Shown piece by piece: positions 1 through 10,409 of a stretch of 64,000 nt of DNA. The stretch is from Blastocatellia bacterium. GTDB lineage: Bacteria > Acidobacteriota > Blastocatellia > UBA7656 > JADIYM01. The position numbers were made by a program, and so were the translations under genes. The DNA is taken from NCBI GenBank assembly GCA_016705245.1, contig JADIYM010000025.1, positions 2,577-66,576 of the forward strand, in the 5' to 3' direction. Within the stretch, counting starts at the first letter, position 1. The number at the start of each line of letters is the position of its first letter. The notes beneath the pieces were generated by a model. It had not been told where the DNA came from. It worked only from the letters and a program-made list of their open reading frames with translations, and searched no databases.

Positions 1-2
1 GC

Positions 3-2993
3 CTGTGCTTCGGTGTCGCTACGAACGTCAACGCGCAGTCCGCATCGCCTGAACCGCCGGCCGACGCTGTCGCGAATGCGCGCGAGGTTTACGAGCGAGC
101 CATCGACTTCGCGGCCCAGGGCAAGATGCGGGAGGCGCTCGGTCCCGCCGAGGAAGCGCTCGTGCTCTTCGAGAAGGCGTTTGGTCCCGAGCATCGGGAG
201 CTCATCGACCCGAACGGTCTCGTTTCGAACATGCGGCGCGACACGGGTGACCTTCGCGGCGCCGAAGCGCCGCTTCTGCGCGCCCTCTCCATCTGCGAGC
301 GTGAATTTGGCGAAGAGAACGCCAGAACGGCGATCTACATGAACAACTGCGGCGTGCTCTACCGCCTGCTCGGCATGTACGGGAAGGCCCGGCCTTACTA
401 CGAGCGCGCCCTCGCCGTCCGTGAGCGTGTGCTCGGTCCCGAGAACGAGGACACCGGACAGTCCCACACTAACCTCGGCATCCTGCTCAAGGAGGTTGGC
501 GAGTATTCGAATGCCTATGCGGAAATGCTGCGTGGGGCCGGCATAACCGAGAACAAGTACGGCATCGCTGACCCCCGGACGGGCGTCAGCGCCGGCGTCC
601 TCGCTTCACTAGCCACGTCGCAGGGTAACTACGCCGAGGCCGAACGCCTGTATCAGAAGGCGCTCGAGATCCACGACAAGGCACTCGGTCCCGAACACCG
701 CACGACGCTCATATCGCTGAACAACCTCGCACGCACTACCTGACCACAGGCGCCTACGATCAGGCGCGAAGCCTTCTGGAACGTCTGCTCGAGACGCGAA
801 CGAGGCTCTTCGGGCCAGAGCATCCCGAGACGCTCGCGGCGATCGCCAACCTGGCCTCGGTTCGCGGTACGACGGGCGAAACCAGGGCGCGCGCGCCCGC
901 TGTTCGAAAGCGCACTCGAAATCAGCAGGAAGCTCTACGAATCCGACAGCGAGCAGATGGCTAAGGCCTACGGCTACATCGCGAACCTCGAGATGGCGGA
1001 AGGACATCTCGCCGCGGCGGAAGAGAACTTCGGGCGGGCGCTGGCCGTCCGAGAGAAGCAACTCGGTCAGGACCACCCGAAGACGGCGACCAGCCTGGCG
1101 GCGGTCGGATCGGTCCACCTTGCGAGAGGGGAATTCGAGGAGGCGCGAGAGTACCTTCAACGCGCGGTCGCCATCAACGAGCGGACGCTCGGCGTCGAGC
1201 ATCCTTCGTCCGTGTCCGCACTTCGGGCGTGGGGCGATCTGCTCTGGGCGACGGGCCGAATTGCCGACGCCGTCGAGGTGCAGCGCCGGGCGAACAACGC
1301 CCGCGAGCGCGAGCTGCTCCGGAACCTCACCGCAGGCTCTGAGCAGCGGAAGATGTCGTACCTCGATCTGACAGCCGGCGAGCTCGATCGCACCATCTCG
1401 CTGCACCAGGTCGCAGCTCGATCGAATCCGACGGCGGCCAGCGTGGCGCTCGAGATCATTCTGCGTCGCAAGGGGCGAGCGCTCGACGCGATGACTGGCC
1501 AGATCGAGTCGTTGCGACGGCGTTCGTCGCTGGCGGATCAGGAGTTGCTTGCGACCCAGCCTATGCCAGGGCGGAATTCGCCCGAAGCGCTCTCTCGGTT
1601 CCGAACGCGACGAACGACGCCGAATACCGGGCCGGGCTGGAGAAGCTGCAACGGAAGGTAGAAGAGCTCGAGTCACTCGCAGCAGCGCGCAGCGCCGAGT
1701 TTCGTGCGAGCGCGCTGCCCGTGACGCTCGTCGCGGTCCGCGAGGGTGTGCCCGCCGATGCGGCGCTCGTCGAGTTTGCAGCCTACGCTCCCTGGGACCC
1801 GAAAGCACGCACGTCGTCTCCGAAGCGATACACCGCGTACGTGCTCGAGCATTCCGGCGCCATCACGTGGACGGATCTCGGGCCGGCCGCGGAGATCGAC
1901 GCGCTCGTGGCGTCGTTCCGGAGGGAGCTGCGAGCGCCATCGCACAGGCGAGCAGTTCGGGCTGCGGGTCGAGCGCTCGACGAGCGCATCATGCGGCCGG
2001 TGCGAAGGCGCGTTGGGCCCGGCGTCAAGCGGCTCCTCGTGTCGCCCGACGGTGCGTTGAACCTCGTTCCGTTCGCCGCGCTCGTCGACGAACGCGGCCA
2101 GTACCTCGTCAAGGGACGCGAGATCGTCTATGTGACGAGCGGCCGCGAGCTGCTGCGACTGCGGCCGGGAGCGGACGGCGTGCGGGGCGGAACGCCGGAA
2201 ATCGTCGCGAATCCTGACTTCGGCGTCTCGACGGGTGGCCCTCGGTCCCGACTCCAGTTCAGTCCGCTGCCTGGGACCGCGGCGGAAGCGCGTGAGCTCG
2301 GTCACCTCTTTCCGAAGGCGGCGGTGCTCACCGGAGCGCAGGCCACTGAGACGGCGCTGAAACGGATGAGCGCGCCTTCGATCCTGCACATCGCAACCCA
2401 CGGGTTCTATCTTGTTGACGACGTCGAGTCGGCCTCGACACCGCGGCGTCGAGGCGGCAGTGGAAGCGACACGCGACGTCGTTCAGATTGCGGCGCCCTC
2501 GACGGCCGCTCCGGGCCAGATCCTGGCGGCTGCGCGAGGGCCGCTCCTGCGATCGGGGCTCGGGCTGGCCGGCGCTAACCGCAAGGCCGTTGAGGGACAG
2601 GACGATGGACTGCTGACGGCGCTCGAAGTTGCGGGCCTCGACCTGTGGGGCACGGAGCTCGTCGTGCTCTCGGCCTGCGATACGGGCGTGGGTCAGGTGA
2701 GCACGGGAAACGGCGTTTATGGACTGCGCCGCGCGTTGACGCTTGCTGGCGCCGAGTCGCACCTGTCGAGCCTGTGGGCGGTATCGGACCGCAGCACGCG
2801 CGAGCTTATGGTTGCGTACTACGGGGAATTGCTTGCGGGGCGCGGGCGTTCAGAGGCTCTGCGGACGACGCAGCTGCGAATGCTGAAGGATCCGCGACGC
2901 AGCCATCCGTTTTACTGGGCCGGGTTCATCCCGTCCGGCGCGTGGTGGCCGCTGCGTGCGCTAGCCTCGGCACCGCGCCCCGTAACTCCGTGA
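3..2993 (+). pseudogene. TPR-repeat + CHAT (caspase-like) domain protein, N-terminus outside the window, broken into at least four frame segments
   Basis: Kinesin-light-chain-like TPR repeats (EALAVRERVLGPENEDT..., LAVREKQLGQDHPKTATSL...) at 3-743 and 957-1661. CHAT signatures (HIATHGFY; SACDTGVGQ...GLRRALTLAGA...FYWAGF) at 1721-2993. Reading continues across frames at about 743/957, 1661/1721 and 2400/2412, so this is either frameshifted or mis-sequenced. Confidence 0.6.
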
Positions 2994-2995
2994 CT

Positions 2996-3090
2996 CCGCG
3001 GCTCTGTGACTCTGTGTGCGAAGCTCTTCAGCGTTCTCAAAGAGCTTCGCACACAGCGTCACAGAGCCAGGGAGGCACAGAGTTACGGAC
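2996..3090. repeat. Palindromic repeat family P1 (core GTGTGCGAAGC...GCTTCGCACAC with CACAGAG/CTCTGTG flanks), copy 1. Probable hairpin terminator after the CHAT gene.
   Basis: Inverted repeat ctctgtgtgcgaagctcttcag...agagcttcgcacacag. The same core recurs at about 35.7, 43.9, 45.6, 51.7 and 63.8 kb. Confidence 0.8.
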
Positions 3091-3224
3091 ACATCTCTCG
3101 CCCGACAGTGAGGCGATTCGGACGATTTTCTCGCGCTACAGATGAGGATTTCGGTCGCCGCTTGTGCCGATCGACGGCCGGCTGAATACTGTCGACCCGA
3201 ACCTGCCAGGCCCAGGAGAGTCCA

Positions 3225-4130
3225 ATGCAGTCCATCCGGCTCCGTCGAAGAGTCTTGCTGAGCGCCATCGCAACCCTTCTCGTCGCGCCGGCGACTCCAT
3301 TTGCGGTCTTGGCTCAGTCCAGCGCCTCGGACGAACTTCGCGGCGCGAACTATGTCTACGCCAGGCCTGCCGCCCGGTCTCGAACGTCATCGAATCGGGC
3401 CCGGTACCGCAAACGTGCGGGCCGCCTGCCGTCGGCCGACGTCGCCGACGCGCGTATCGGCGTGACGTTATGGAGAGCCGACCCGTCCCGAGCGACGGGC
3501 CGCTCGTCGACGCGCGACATCGTGCAGGTAGGCTCCGAGACCAAGTCATGGTCTCTTGTGCGTGTCGGATCCGACACGGAGCTCGCTACTGGTGACCTTT
3601 TCCGCGTCGGCATCGAGACGCTCAGGTCCGGGTACCTCTATGTCATCAACAGGCCGATCCGCGCGGACGGAACGACCGGCGATCCTTACCTCGTTTTTCC
3701 CACGCGACGCATTCGTGGCGGTGACAACTCTGTCGTTGCCGGCCGGATGGTGATGATCCCCACTCCTCCCGACGAGCCGCCGTTTCAGACGACCGATCCT
3801 TACGGCGACGTCGTGGGTGAAGAGCTCATCATCCTGGTCACTCCCAGTCCTATCGACATCGAGACGCGCGAGGATCGTTACCGCGTGCCGGCCGAGCTGC
3901 CGGAGTCGTGGATCACCGAGTGGGGCGCCCCGACCGAGACGTTCGAGCTGGTCGGCGGCGCCGGAGCAGCCTACACGCGCGTCGAGCGGGCCGCGGCGAC
4001 GAATCCGGCCAGACTGCTCACTCCATCCGAACCGCTCCCCCAGATCGTGCACATGCTGGCAGCAAAACCCGGCAGCCCGATGTTGGCGCGGGCGCTGCTA
4101 CGCGTTCGCCGGACCTTGGCATCACCTTAG
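3225..4130 (+). CDS. Hypothetical secreted protein with a signal peptide
   Basis: N-terminal signal peptide (LLSAIATLLVAPATPFAVLAQS). 301-aa ORF with coding-like composition. I recognise no family. Confidence 0.55.
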   Translation: MQSIRLRRRVLLSAIATLLVAPATPFAVLAQSSASDELRGANYVYARPAARSRTSSNRARYRKRAGRLPSADVADARIGVTLWRADPSRATGRSSTRDIVQVGSETKSWSLVRVGSDTELATGDLFRVGIETLRSGYLYVINRPIRADGTTGDPYLVFPTRRIRGGDNSVVAGRMVMIPTPPDEPPFQTTDPYGDVVGEELIILVTPSPIDIETREDRYRVPAELPESWITEWGAPTETFELVGGAGAAYTRVERAAATNPARLLTPSEPLPQIVHMLAAKPGSPMLARALLRVRRTLASP

Positions 4131-4142
4131 TTCTACTGCTCA

Positions 4143-4259
4143 ATGCGCGAAGCGCTTTGGAGTGCGGCGTGAATCGCCGCTTTGGATTCTTGACAGTTTG
4201 CGATCAAGATTTTTATCAAAAGCGGCGATCCACGCCGCACTCCAAAGCGCTTCGCGCAA
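4143..4259. repeat. Palindromic repeat family P2 (GCGCGAAGCGCTTTGGAGTGCGGCGTGAATCGCCGCTTTGGATTC ... inverted), copy 1
   Basis: A hairpin of about 115 bp with roughly 45-bp arms. It lies between convergent gene ends (3225..4130 + and 4269..5660 -). A second copy is at 19352-19468. Confidence 0.85.
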
Positions 4260-4268
4260 TGCCGGGCG

Positions 4269-5660
4269 TCACGCTCCCCTTGCTCGCAGGCGTGCGCGAA
4301 CGCGCGGGGCGGCGAGCGGATCGAACGCGGGCGAGAGCGAGAGTGCCTGCTCGAAGTACGTCCGCGACACATCTGCATCGCCGGCCGCAAGCGCGATCTC
4401 GCCTGCGTGATAGAGCATCCGCGCATCGTCCGTCCCGAAGCGTAGCGCGTCCCGAATGGCCGCCTGCGCCTCGGCAATGCGGCCCGACTTGAGCGCCGTC
4501 CACGCAAGCGCGTCTGCACCGTACACATCGCGGCGGACTGAGTACTCCTTCGACGCATCTTCGTAGGCCTGCTCAACGCTGCGATCGTGATCGGCCCGGA
4601 AGATCGCAAGTTGCCGGTTGTAGAGCACACCGTTGAGCGCGCTCAGGCGTCCGATCTGCTCTACCAATGCGTATTGCGCGGCGGCGTCGGAATCGCGGCC
4701 GGCTGCGGCGTAGCAGTCCCCAAGCGCCGCAATGAACGCCGGATCGGGCACTATCCGAGACACGTGTTCGTATCCCGCAATTGCTCCGGCCAGGTCGCCG
4801 CGCGCCGCGAGCGCCCTTGCACGCGACGCCAGGGCCCTGAAATACCCCGGATAGACGACCAGCGAGTCGTCCGCGTGCCGCTCGGCGGCTTCGTAGTCTC
4901 CTCGTGCGAACGCCGTCTCTCCGAGCTGCCAGTGGCACCACGCAATGGTTTCGCGCGGCGCTGGATCGAGCTGCACTGCAGCCGCGAGCGCCGATTCGTA
5001 TGCGCGCCTGGCGCGATCGTGCTCGCCGCGAAGCATCGCGAGCCGAGCCTGACGCGTCGCTACGTCGAAGGCTGCTCCGTCGCTCGATATCGCCCGCTGT
5101 TCGATTGTCCGGATCGTGACGGCGGCGGCCTCGTAGGATCCGAGCTCGAGCTGCACGTCGAAAAGCATGACGAGCGGCGCAATGCTTTCCGGTTCGAACG
5201 AGCGCCACTGCTCGGCATGTTGCCGCGCCGACTCGAATTCGTGCGATGCGAATTCCACGTGCGTGAGAGCCGCAAGACCGCCGACGTTCAGCTCTGCCGG
5301 CACCGACGCGAGCGACTCACGTGCTGCTCGACCCGCGAGCTCGAGGTAGGCAACGCTTCCCGTCTCGCGGACCTTCTGGAGGTAATAGCCCACTAGCTTG
5401 TTGCGCGCGATGAAGTCGTGTGGATCTTCGCGTGCCTTGTCTTCGAGAAAACGGATTGCGCCGTCCGAAGCCGCGTCATCGGCCGCAATGGGCGAAGCGG
5501 GTGGCAACGGCTGCGCAGTGGAGTCGGCAGCCGGCGAAGTCGAAGCGCAGCCGCCGGCAGAAAGGACCACGACAACGAGCGCAAGAGCGAATCCGAGTTC
5601 TGGCTTGCGCCTTTGCGCCTTTGCGCGATTGTCTTTGAAGGCTCGAAGAGGTGCTCGCAA
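4269..5660 (-). CDS. TPR-repeat lipoprotein
   Basis: Signal peptide with lipobox (LSAGGC). Multiple TPR-like helical repeats (YYLQKV..., AWCHWQLGETAFARGDYEAAE...). Start codon is uncertain: the 5' end has a TTG start inside a GCGCCTTTGCGC palindrome. Confidence 0.65.
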   Translation of the reverse strand: MRAPLRAFKDNRAKAQRRKPELGFALALVVVVLSAGGCASTSPAADSTAQPLPPASPIAADDAASDGAIRFLEDKAREDPHDFIARNKLVGYYLQKVRETGSVAYLELAGRAARESLASVPAELNVGGLAALTHVEFASHEFESARQHAEQWRSFEPESIAPLVMLFDVQLELGSYEAAAVTIRTIEQRAISSDGAAFDVATRQARLAMLRGEHDRARRAYESALAAAVQLDPAPRETIAWCHWQLGETAFARGDYEAAERHADDSLVVYPGYFRALASRARALAARGDLAGAIAGYEHVSRIVPDPAFIAALGDCYAAAGRDSDAAAQYALVEQIGRLSALNGVLYNRQLAIFRADHDRSVEQAYEDASKEYSVRRDVYGADALAWTALKSGRIAEAQAAIRDALRFGTDDARMLYHAGEIALAAGDADVSRTYFEQALSLSPAFDPLAAPRVRARLRARGA

Positions 5661-5778
5661 AGGCGCAAAGGCGCAAAGGCGCGACGACTCGTGTGGCTGC
5701 TCATTCCAATCACAACGTCTAATCGAAAAAGCCGGGGCCGAGCCGTCCGCGGACAGCTCGACCCCAGCAGAGAAGCGC

Positions 5779-6990
5779 CTAGTTGCGCGTGTTGTCGTCG
5801 GTCACGTCCGGATTGCGCGGCTGCTGCGACAGCCCGAGGTACGGGAACGCGTCCGTCAGTGCGACGTCGTTGCCGTTCACGCTGTCGCCAATCGCCGTCT
5901 GGTTCGCGACGAAGAAGAGCACCGTGTCGACGACGTCGTCACCGAATCGGCGCCCGTTGGGGAACCCGGCTTCGGCGTTGTTGCCGCCGCCCGGGCCATT
6001 GTTCGGAATCGTGGTGTTGAGGCGCAGGAAGTCGCCATTGAGCACGGCGACGCTGGCCAGGATGTTCACGTTGTCAGTGTTCGTGCCGAGCGCCGTAAGC
6101 GTGCCGATGATGTCAGTGGCAAACGTGCCGGCAGCATCCTTCGACGTCGAGGCGAGGTTGTATTCGTCCTTGCGCGCAAACGGGATCAACACCGTGTTGA
6201 TGGCCGGCACGCCCATCCGGTCAACGTTGACGAACTTGCCGGAGTAGACGACTTCGCCCGTCTTCGGCTTGAATGTCCGCTTGAGCTGCCTCTGCGTGAG
6301 CAGATCGACGCCGATTACGCCGTTCGACGTCTGAAGCAATGACAATGGCACGCTCAGCGCTACGCACATCGTGTTGTAGCCAGCGAAGCTGTCTCGGCCG
6401 CGAGCGAGCTGCGAGCCGTCCGGTGTCCCGGCCTGGATCGACGCGACGAACCGGTTGAAGCCAGGGATGTCGAAGAAGAACGGGTCGTCGGCGACTCCTG
6501 CGAAGAACGTCACGCCGGTCGCCGAATCCGTGCTGACCGTGCGGGTCGGCGCCGTCCCCGCGAGCGACGGTGGCGTCGTCATCGCGGTGACGCGGGTGCC
6601 GTTCGGAAGCACGACCGTCGCGGTCTGCGGCGTCGTGCGCGACGTGCGTTCCGAGAACGTGACGTCGATGAACCGGTCCGCGACCGCGTCGCCCGTTTCC
6701 TCGAGCTCGAGGCGATAACGCACGGTCGAATCGAAGGCGCCCTGGTTCGCGTTCTCGGATGGGACGATGAAGCCGACGACGGTGAACGCAAAGACGACCT
6801 TAGTGTTGTCCGACGGATCGAGGAAAGCGTAGACGTCGCCAATGTCCGCCGGCCGGTCGTGATCGGCCAACGGCGCTTCCGAGTGATCCGCGGCGCGGGT
6901 CACTCCCTGAGGCATCGAGAAAAAGGCAAGGCTGAGCACGACCGCCGTCACCGACAGCACGAACCCGGCTCTGCGAATTGAAGTCGACAT
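5779..6990 (-). CDS. Secreted DUF4331-like protein
   Basis: AGGAGG RBS ahead of an internal ATG (MSTSIRRAGFVLSV..., signal peptide). The mature N-terminus ADHSEAPLAD...DVYAF matches the conserved S-H-R/S-E-A-P start I recall for DUF4331. The ORF track's longer 5' extension is probably not translated. Confidence 0.6.
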   Translation of the reverse strand: MSTSIRRAGFVLSVTAVVLSLAFFSMPQGVTRAADHSEAPLADHDRPADIGDVYAFLDPSDNTKVVFAFTVVGFIVPSENANQGAFDSTVRYRLELEETGDAVADRFIDVTFSERTSRTTPQTATVVLPNGTRVTAMTTPPSLAGTAPTRTVSTDSATGVTFFAGVADDPFFFDIPGFNRFVASIQAGTPDGSQLARGRDSFAGYNTMCVALSVPLSLLQTSNGVIGVDLLTQRQLKRTFKPKTGEVVYSGKFVNVDRMGVPAINTVLIPFARKDEYNLASTSKDAAGTFATDIIGTLTALGTNTDNVNILASVAVLNGDFLRLNTTIPNNGPGGGNNAEAGFPNGRRFGDDVVDTVLFFVANQTAIGDSVNGNDVALTDAFPYLGLSQQPRNPDVTDDNTRN

Positions 6991-7099
6991 GGGAAATCCT
7001 CCTGCAAATTCGAAGACAAGTGTCTTCTTGCTGCTTCGCCGGTCCGCGGGGCTTCCCCTCAGGGCGCTCTCCGTCAGTCGCTCTCCGGCGGGTGCGCTA

Positions 7100-9436
7100 T
7101 CAGTAATGGCGTCCCGAAAAGACGAGCGCCGCCACAACTGAAGCGCTTGACTGAACCGCATACCAGCATCCGAAAAGGATGCTCAGCACGCCTGCAGCGA
7201 TCTGCAGCGCGTGGTGTTTCCGATTCATCGCACCCGACGAGAGTGCGAACGGCAATCCGATCAACCCCGACATCGCCAGCATTCCGGCGATCGAGCCCAG
7301 TCCGAAGATCGAGAGGTAGAGCAGACCGAGCCAGGCCGAGTCGATCTGCGAGAGGACTAGAAGTGTGAGGGCAGCCGATCCCGCTAGTCCGTGCACGGCA
7401 CCGACGACGAGCGGCTTGAAACCGAGCCTCGCGACAGCGTGTTGAACTTCGCCGTGCCCGTGCGCCGAGCCGTCCTCGTGAAAGTGGATGTGCACGTGCG
7501 CCGCACCATCGTGGTCGTGCCTGTGGACGTGAACGGACGGCCGCCCGCGTACGCCTCGCAACACCGCGCCGGCCCCGAGGCCGATGATCATCAAGGCGAC
7601 TCCAAACTCGAGCCACCCGGCAACCGCGTCGGAAATCGCGACCTTGAGCGTGAGCACAATCAGGCCGACGGCGACGAGCGAAATCGTGTGACCGACGCCC
7701 CACAGCGCTCCGACCATCGCAGCACGGTGGAGTTGCCGGTGTTCACTGACGATCGTCGAAACGGCAACCACGTGGTCGGCCTCCGTTGCGTGCTTGAGGC
7801 CGAAGACGAGACCGAGGCCGAGAATGCCGACGGCGCCGATCCCAACGAACGACGGTTCGTCGCCGTGCGAGAAGACCGCGGCGAATGCCGCACCGATGTC
7901 ATTTCCGGCGTCGACCATGGCGGTCCAGCAGATGGCCGCGCCGAGCGCCGCGATGACGGCGGCGCTCGCAACCGGCAGAATTCGGGAGAATCGAGCGAGG
8001 CGCGCCGATCCGCCGAGCAGTCGGCCGGCAAGAACAAACGCCAATCCTACTGCCGTCAGTGCGCCTGCGAGTCCGACGCTGAACGCGACGACAAGTAGAA
8101 GCCCATAACCAACTCGGTGCAGCGCGATCGCCGACAGCAGGACAACCAGCGCCGATGGGCAGGGCAGGAGACCGCCCGAGATACCGAGAGCGAGCAGGCT
8201 GCGCATCGTGACCGGAGATTCATCCGCTCCCGGCGGCAGATGCGAATGGGTCGAGCCGCCGTGGGAATGCACTTGTCCCCCGTGCGAATGCGGCTCGCCG
8301 TCGTGATCGCGGTGGTCGTGGTGAGCAGGTTGCGAGACACATAGCGCGGCCCTCAGTCGTTTCACGAGCAAGGTAAGCCCCATTGCCAGCACGATGGCGC
8401 CTGACAGGACGCCGAGAATCGGGTAGAGCTGCTCGGGACTCACGAATCGCGCCGCGAAGAGCGTCACGAGACCGAGCCCGAACACCCCGGCTGTATGTGT
8501 CACCGTCACGGTCAATCCGAGGAACAACGCGTGGCGAATCGTGCCTCGCGATCCGACGAGATATGCGCCGACGACCGTCTTGCCGTGACCAGGCGACAGG
8601 GCGTGGATTGCGCCGAGTCCCGCCGCAATGAACAGTCCGACGAGCATCACCCACGCCGTAACTTCCGGGACCGCGATCAGCTCTGCCAGACGGTCGCGAG
8701 TCGCAACGACTGGAGCGCCATCACGCGTCCTGAGCACAGAAGAGCCTGCCGGAGGCGGGCCTGCGGAAACGGAGAAGCTCGCGGACCGCTCGTCGAGCGG
8801 TGATGCCAGCAGATCCTCCGGATAGGCGCGAAGCTCGTCCGACAGACTGTTGCCGAAGGCGTCAGTGTCGAAGACCGTGATACCCGGCGCCGGCCGGACA
8901 ACGATTTCGCGCCATCCGAGTCGGTCCGCGAACGCCGAATTCGAGAACCGGATCGTTCTGAAGTTCGACGCGGCGTGTGCGTCCAGTCCAGTCCGGAATT
9001 CGGACTCGATCCTGATCGTCCTGAGGCCTCCCGCTCCTGAAAGCAGCAGCGCCCGCGATCCCGAAGGTTCCAGCGGAGACGCGATGGCTCCGACAGTCAG
9101 GGAAAGTTGCCTTGCGATGACGGCGGCCTGGCGGTCTGCGTAGACCTGGACGTCGAGGTCCGACAGGGTGCCGTCCCCGTCCAGATCGATTGCCGGCGAC
9201 TCCTGGAGGGTCGGGATCTCTGCCATATCCACGATATGGCGAATGGTTATTGCGTCCGGACCCGGAATCAGCTCGGAAAACTGATTGATCGTGAAGTTGC
9301 CGAGGGGATGTGCAAGTGCCTTCCCTGGAAAAAGAGGCCCGACTGCTAAACCCAGTATCGCCAGAAATAACAGGCGCCGTCGCAACTTGAATCGTCTGTC
9401 AAACCGCCGAAATGCCCGCAGGAACATGGAATACAC
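7100..9436 (-). CDS. Metal (Ni/Co-type) transporter-like membrane protein: N-terminal periplasmic domain plus two NicO/RcnA-like permease repeats with His-rich loops
   Basis: Motif HALSPGHGK (RcnA/NicO-like HxxEPGHGK). Two polytopic repeats, each followed by a His-rich loop (HHDHRDHDGEPHSHGGQVHSHGGSTHSH; VHVHRHDHDGAAHVHIHFHEDGSAHGHGE). N-terminal signal peptide plus AHPLGNF. Confidence 0.55.
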   Translation of the reverse strand: MYSMFLRAFRRFDRRFKLRRRLLFLAILGLAVGPLFPGKALAHPLGNFTINQFSELIPGPDAITIRHIVDMAEIPTLQESPAIDLDGDGTLSDLDVQVYADRQAAVIARQLSLTVGAIASPLEPSGSRALLLSGAGGLRTIRIESEFRTGLDAHAASNFRTIRFSNSAFADRLGWREIVVRPAPGITVFDTDAFGNSLSDELRAYPEDLLASPLDERSASFSVSAGPPPAGSSVLRTRDGAPVVATRDRLAELIAVPEVTAWVMLVGLFIAAGLGAIHALSPGHGKTVVGAYLVGSRGTIRHALFLGLTVTVTHTAGVFGLGLVTLFAARFVSPEQLYPILGVLSGAIVLAMGLTLLVKRLRAALCVSQPAHHDHRDHDGEPHSHGGQVHSHGGSTHSHLPPGADESPVTMRSLLALGISGGLLPCPSALVVLLSAIALHRVGYGLLLVVAFSVGLAGALTAVGLAFVLAGRLLGGSARLARFSRILPVASAAVIAALGAAICWTAMVDAGNDIGAAFAAVFSHGDEPSFVGIGAVGILGLGLVFGLKHATEADHVVAVSTIVSEHRQLHRAAMVGALWGVGHTISLVAVGLIVLTLKVAISDAVAGWLEFGVALMIIGLGAGAVLRGVRGRPSVHVHRHDHDGAAHVHIHFHEDGSAHGHGEVQHAVARLGFKPLVVGAVHGLAGSAALTLLVLSQIDSAWLGLLYLSIFGLGSIAGMLAMSGLIGLPFALSSGAMNRKHHALQIAAGVLSILFGCWYAVQSSASVVAALVFSGRHY

Positions 9437-9705
9437 CCATACCAGTCGCTCGCTAGAAAGTTTTGGTGGCCGAGTTTCGACTGACCCTACGCAGGCCCCG
9501 GGTGTTTCGGATGCCCGGAGTGAGAGTGCAACGAGGATACGGCGGATTTCGGCGGATCACTCGGCTCTGAAAGCGCGTATTCAGAGCCGCGATCCGCCGA
9601 AATCCAACAGATCCGCGCTGCTCTTATACTTCAAAACATCCAAATCGGCCTTTTGTTGAAATACAAACTACTTGACCTGTTTTTCCGGGCCGTGCTAGTT
9701 TCCGT

Positions 9706-10404
9706 TTGTCAGTACTTACTTACTTACCAGAGAGAAGGAGACGAGTGACGCTACCCATTCAACATCACGAGGAGATCGCCCCGCGGATGCGCGCCGATGC
9801 GCGCAGGGAGCAGCTAATCGGCGTCGCCGTCGACCTCTTCTCACGAAAGGGGTTCTCGGGAACCACGACGAAGGAAATCGCCGCTGCCGCCGGCGTTACC
9901 GAAGCACTCATCTTCCGCCATTTCCCGACAAAGGACGCCCTCTACGACGCAATCCTCCGATGGCGCGTCGAAAAGTGCGGGACCCAGAACTGGCTCGAGC
10001 TCCTGCAGCCACTCGCGGACAACCGTGATGACGACGGGATCATTCGTGCGGTCACATCCGGCCTGCTCGAATTCCATCGCGAGAACGTCGATTTCCTGAG
10101 ACTGATGTTCTTCGCCGTGCTCGAGAATCACGAGCTCGCCCAGAGCTTCCGCGAGAGTCAGATCCGTCCGATCTACGAGTTCCTCACCAACTACATTTCC
10201 TTGCGACAGCGGGAGGGCGCGTTCAGGTCGCTCGACCCCGGGACGACGGTACGCGCGATCTTCGGTGCGCCGTTTTACCACTCGATAGTCAACAACCTCT
10301 TTCACTGCAACATGCTGCAGGTCAGCGACGAAGTAGCCGTCGACACGTTCGTGCGGCTCGCACTCGATGGTCTCCGGACTCCGGAAGACCACACGGAAGG
10401 ATAG
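9706..10404 (+). CDS. TetR/AcrR family transcriptional regulator
   Basis: HTH segment LFSRKGFSGTTTKEIAAAAGVTEALIFRHFPTKDALY. It sits directly upstream of an efflux operon. Confidence 0.85.
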   Translation: MSVLTYLPERRRRVTLPIQHHEEIAPRMRADARREQLIGVAVDLFSRKGFSGTTTKEIAAAAGVTEALIFRHFPTKDALYDAILRWRVEKCGTQNWLELLQPLADNRDDDGIIRAVTSGLLEFHRENVDFLRLMFFAVLENHELAQSFRESQIRPIYEFLTNYISLRQREGAFRSLDPGTTVRAIFGAPFYHSIVNNLFHCNMLQVSDEVAVDTFVRLALDGLRTPEDHTEG

Positions 10405-10409
10405 GAATC

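Noticed and set aside
4133-4630. Small ORFs translating SALECGVNRRFGF at 4.1-4.3 kb and 19.3-19.5 kb on both strands
   Set aside because: The identical peptide arises because both arms of the P2 palindrome are read in the same sense on opposite strands. These are repeat-derived, not genes.
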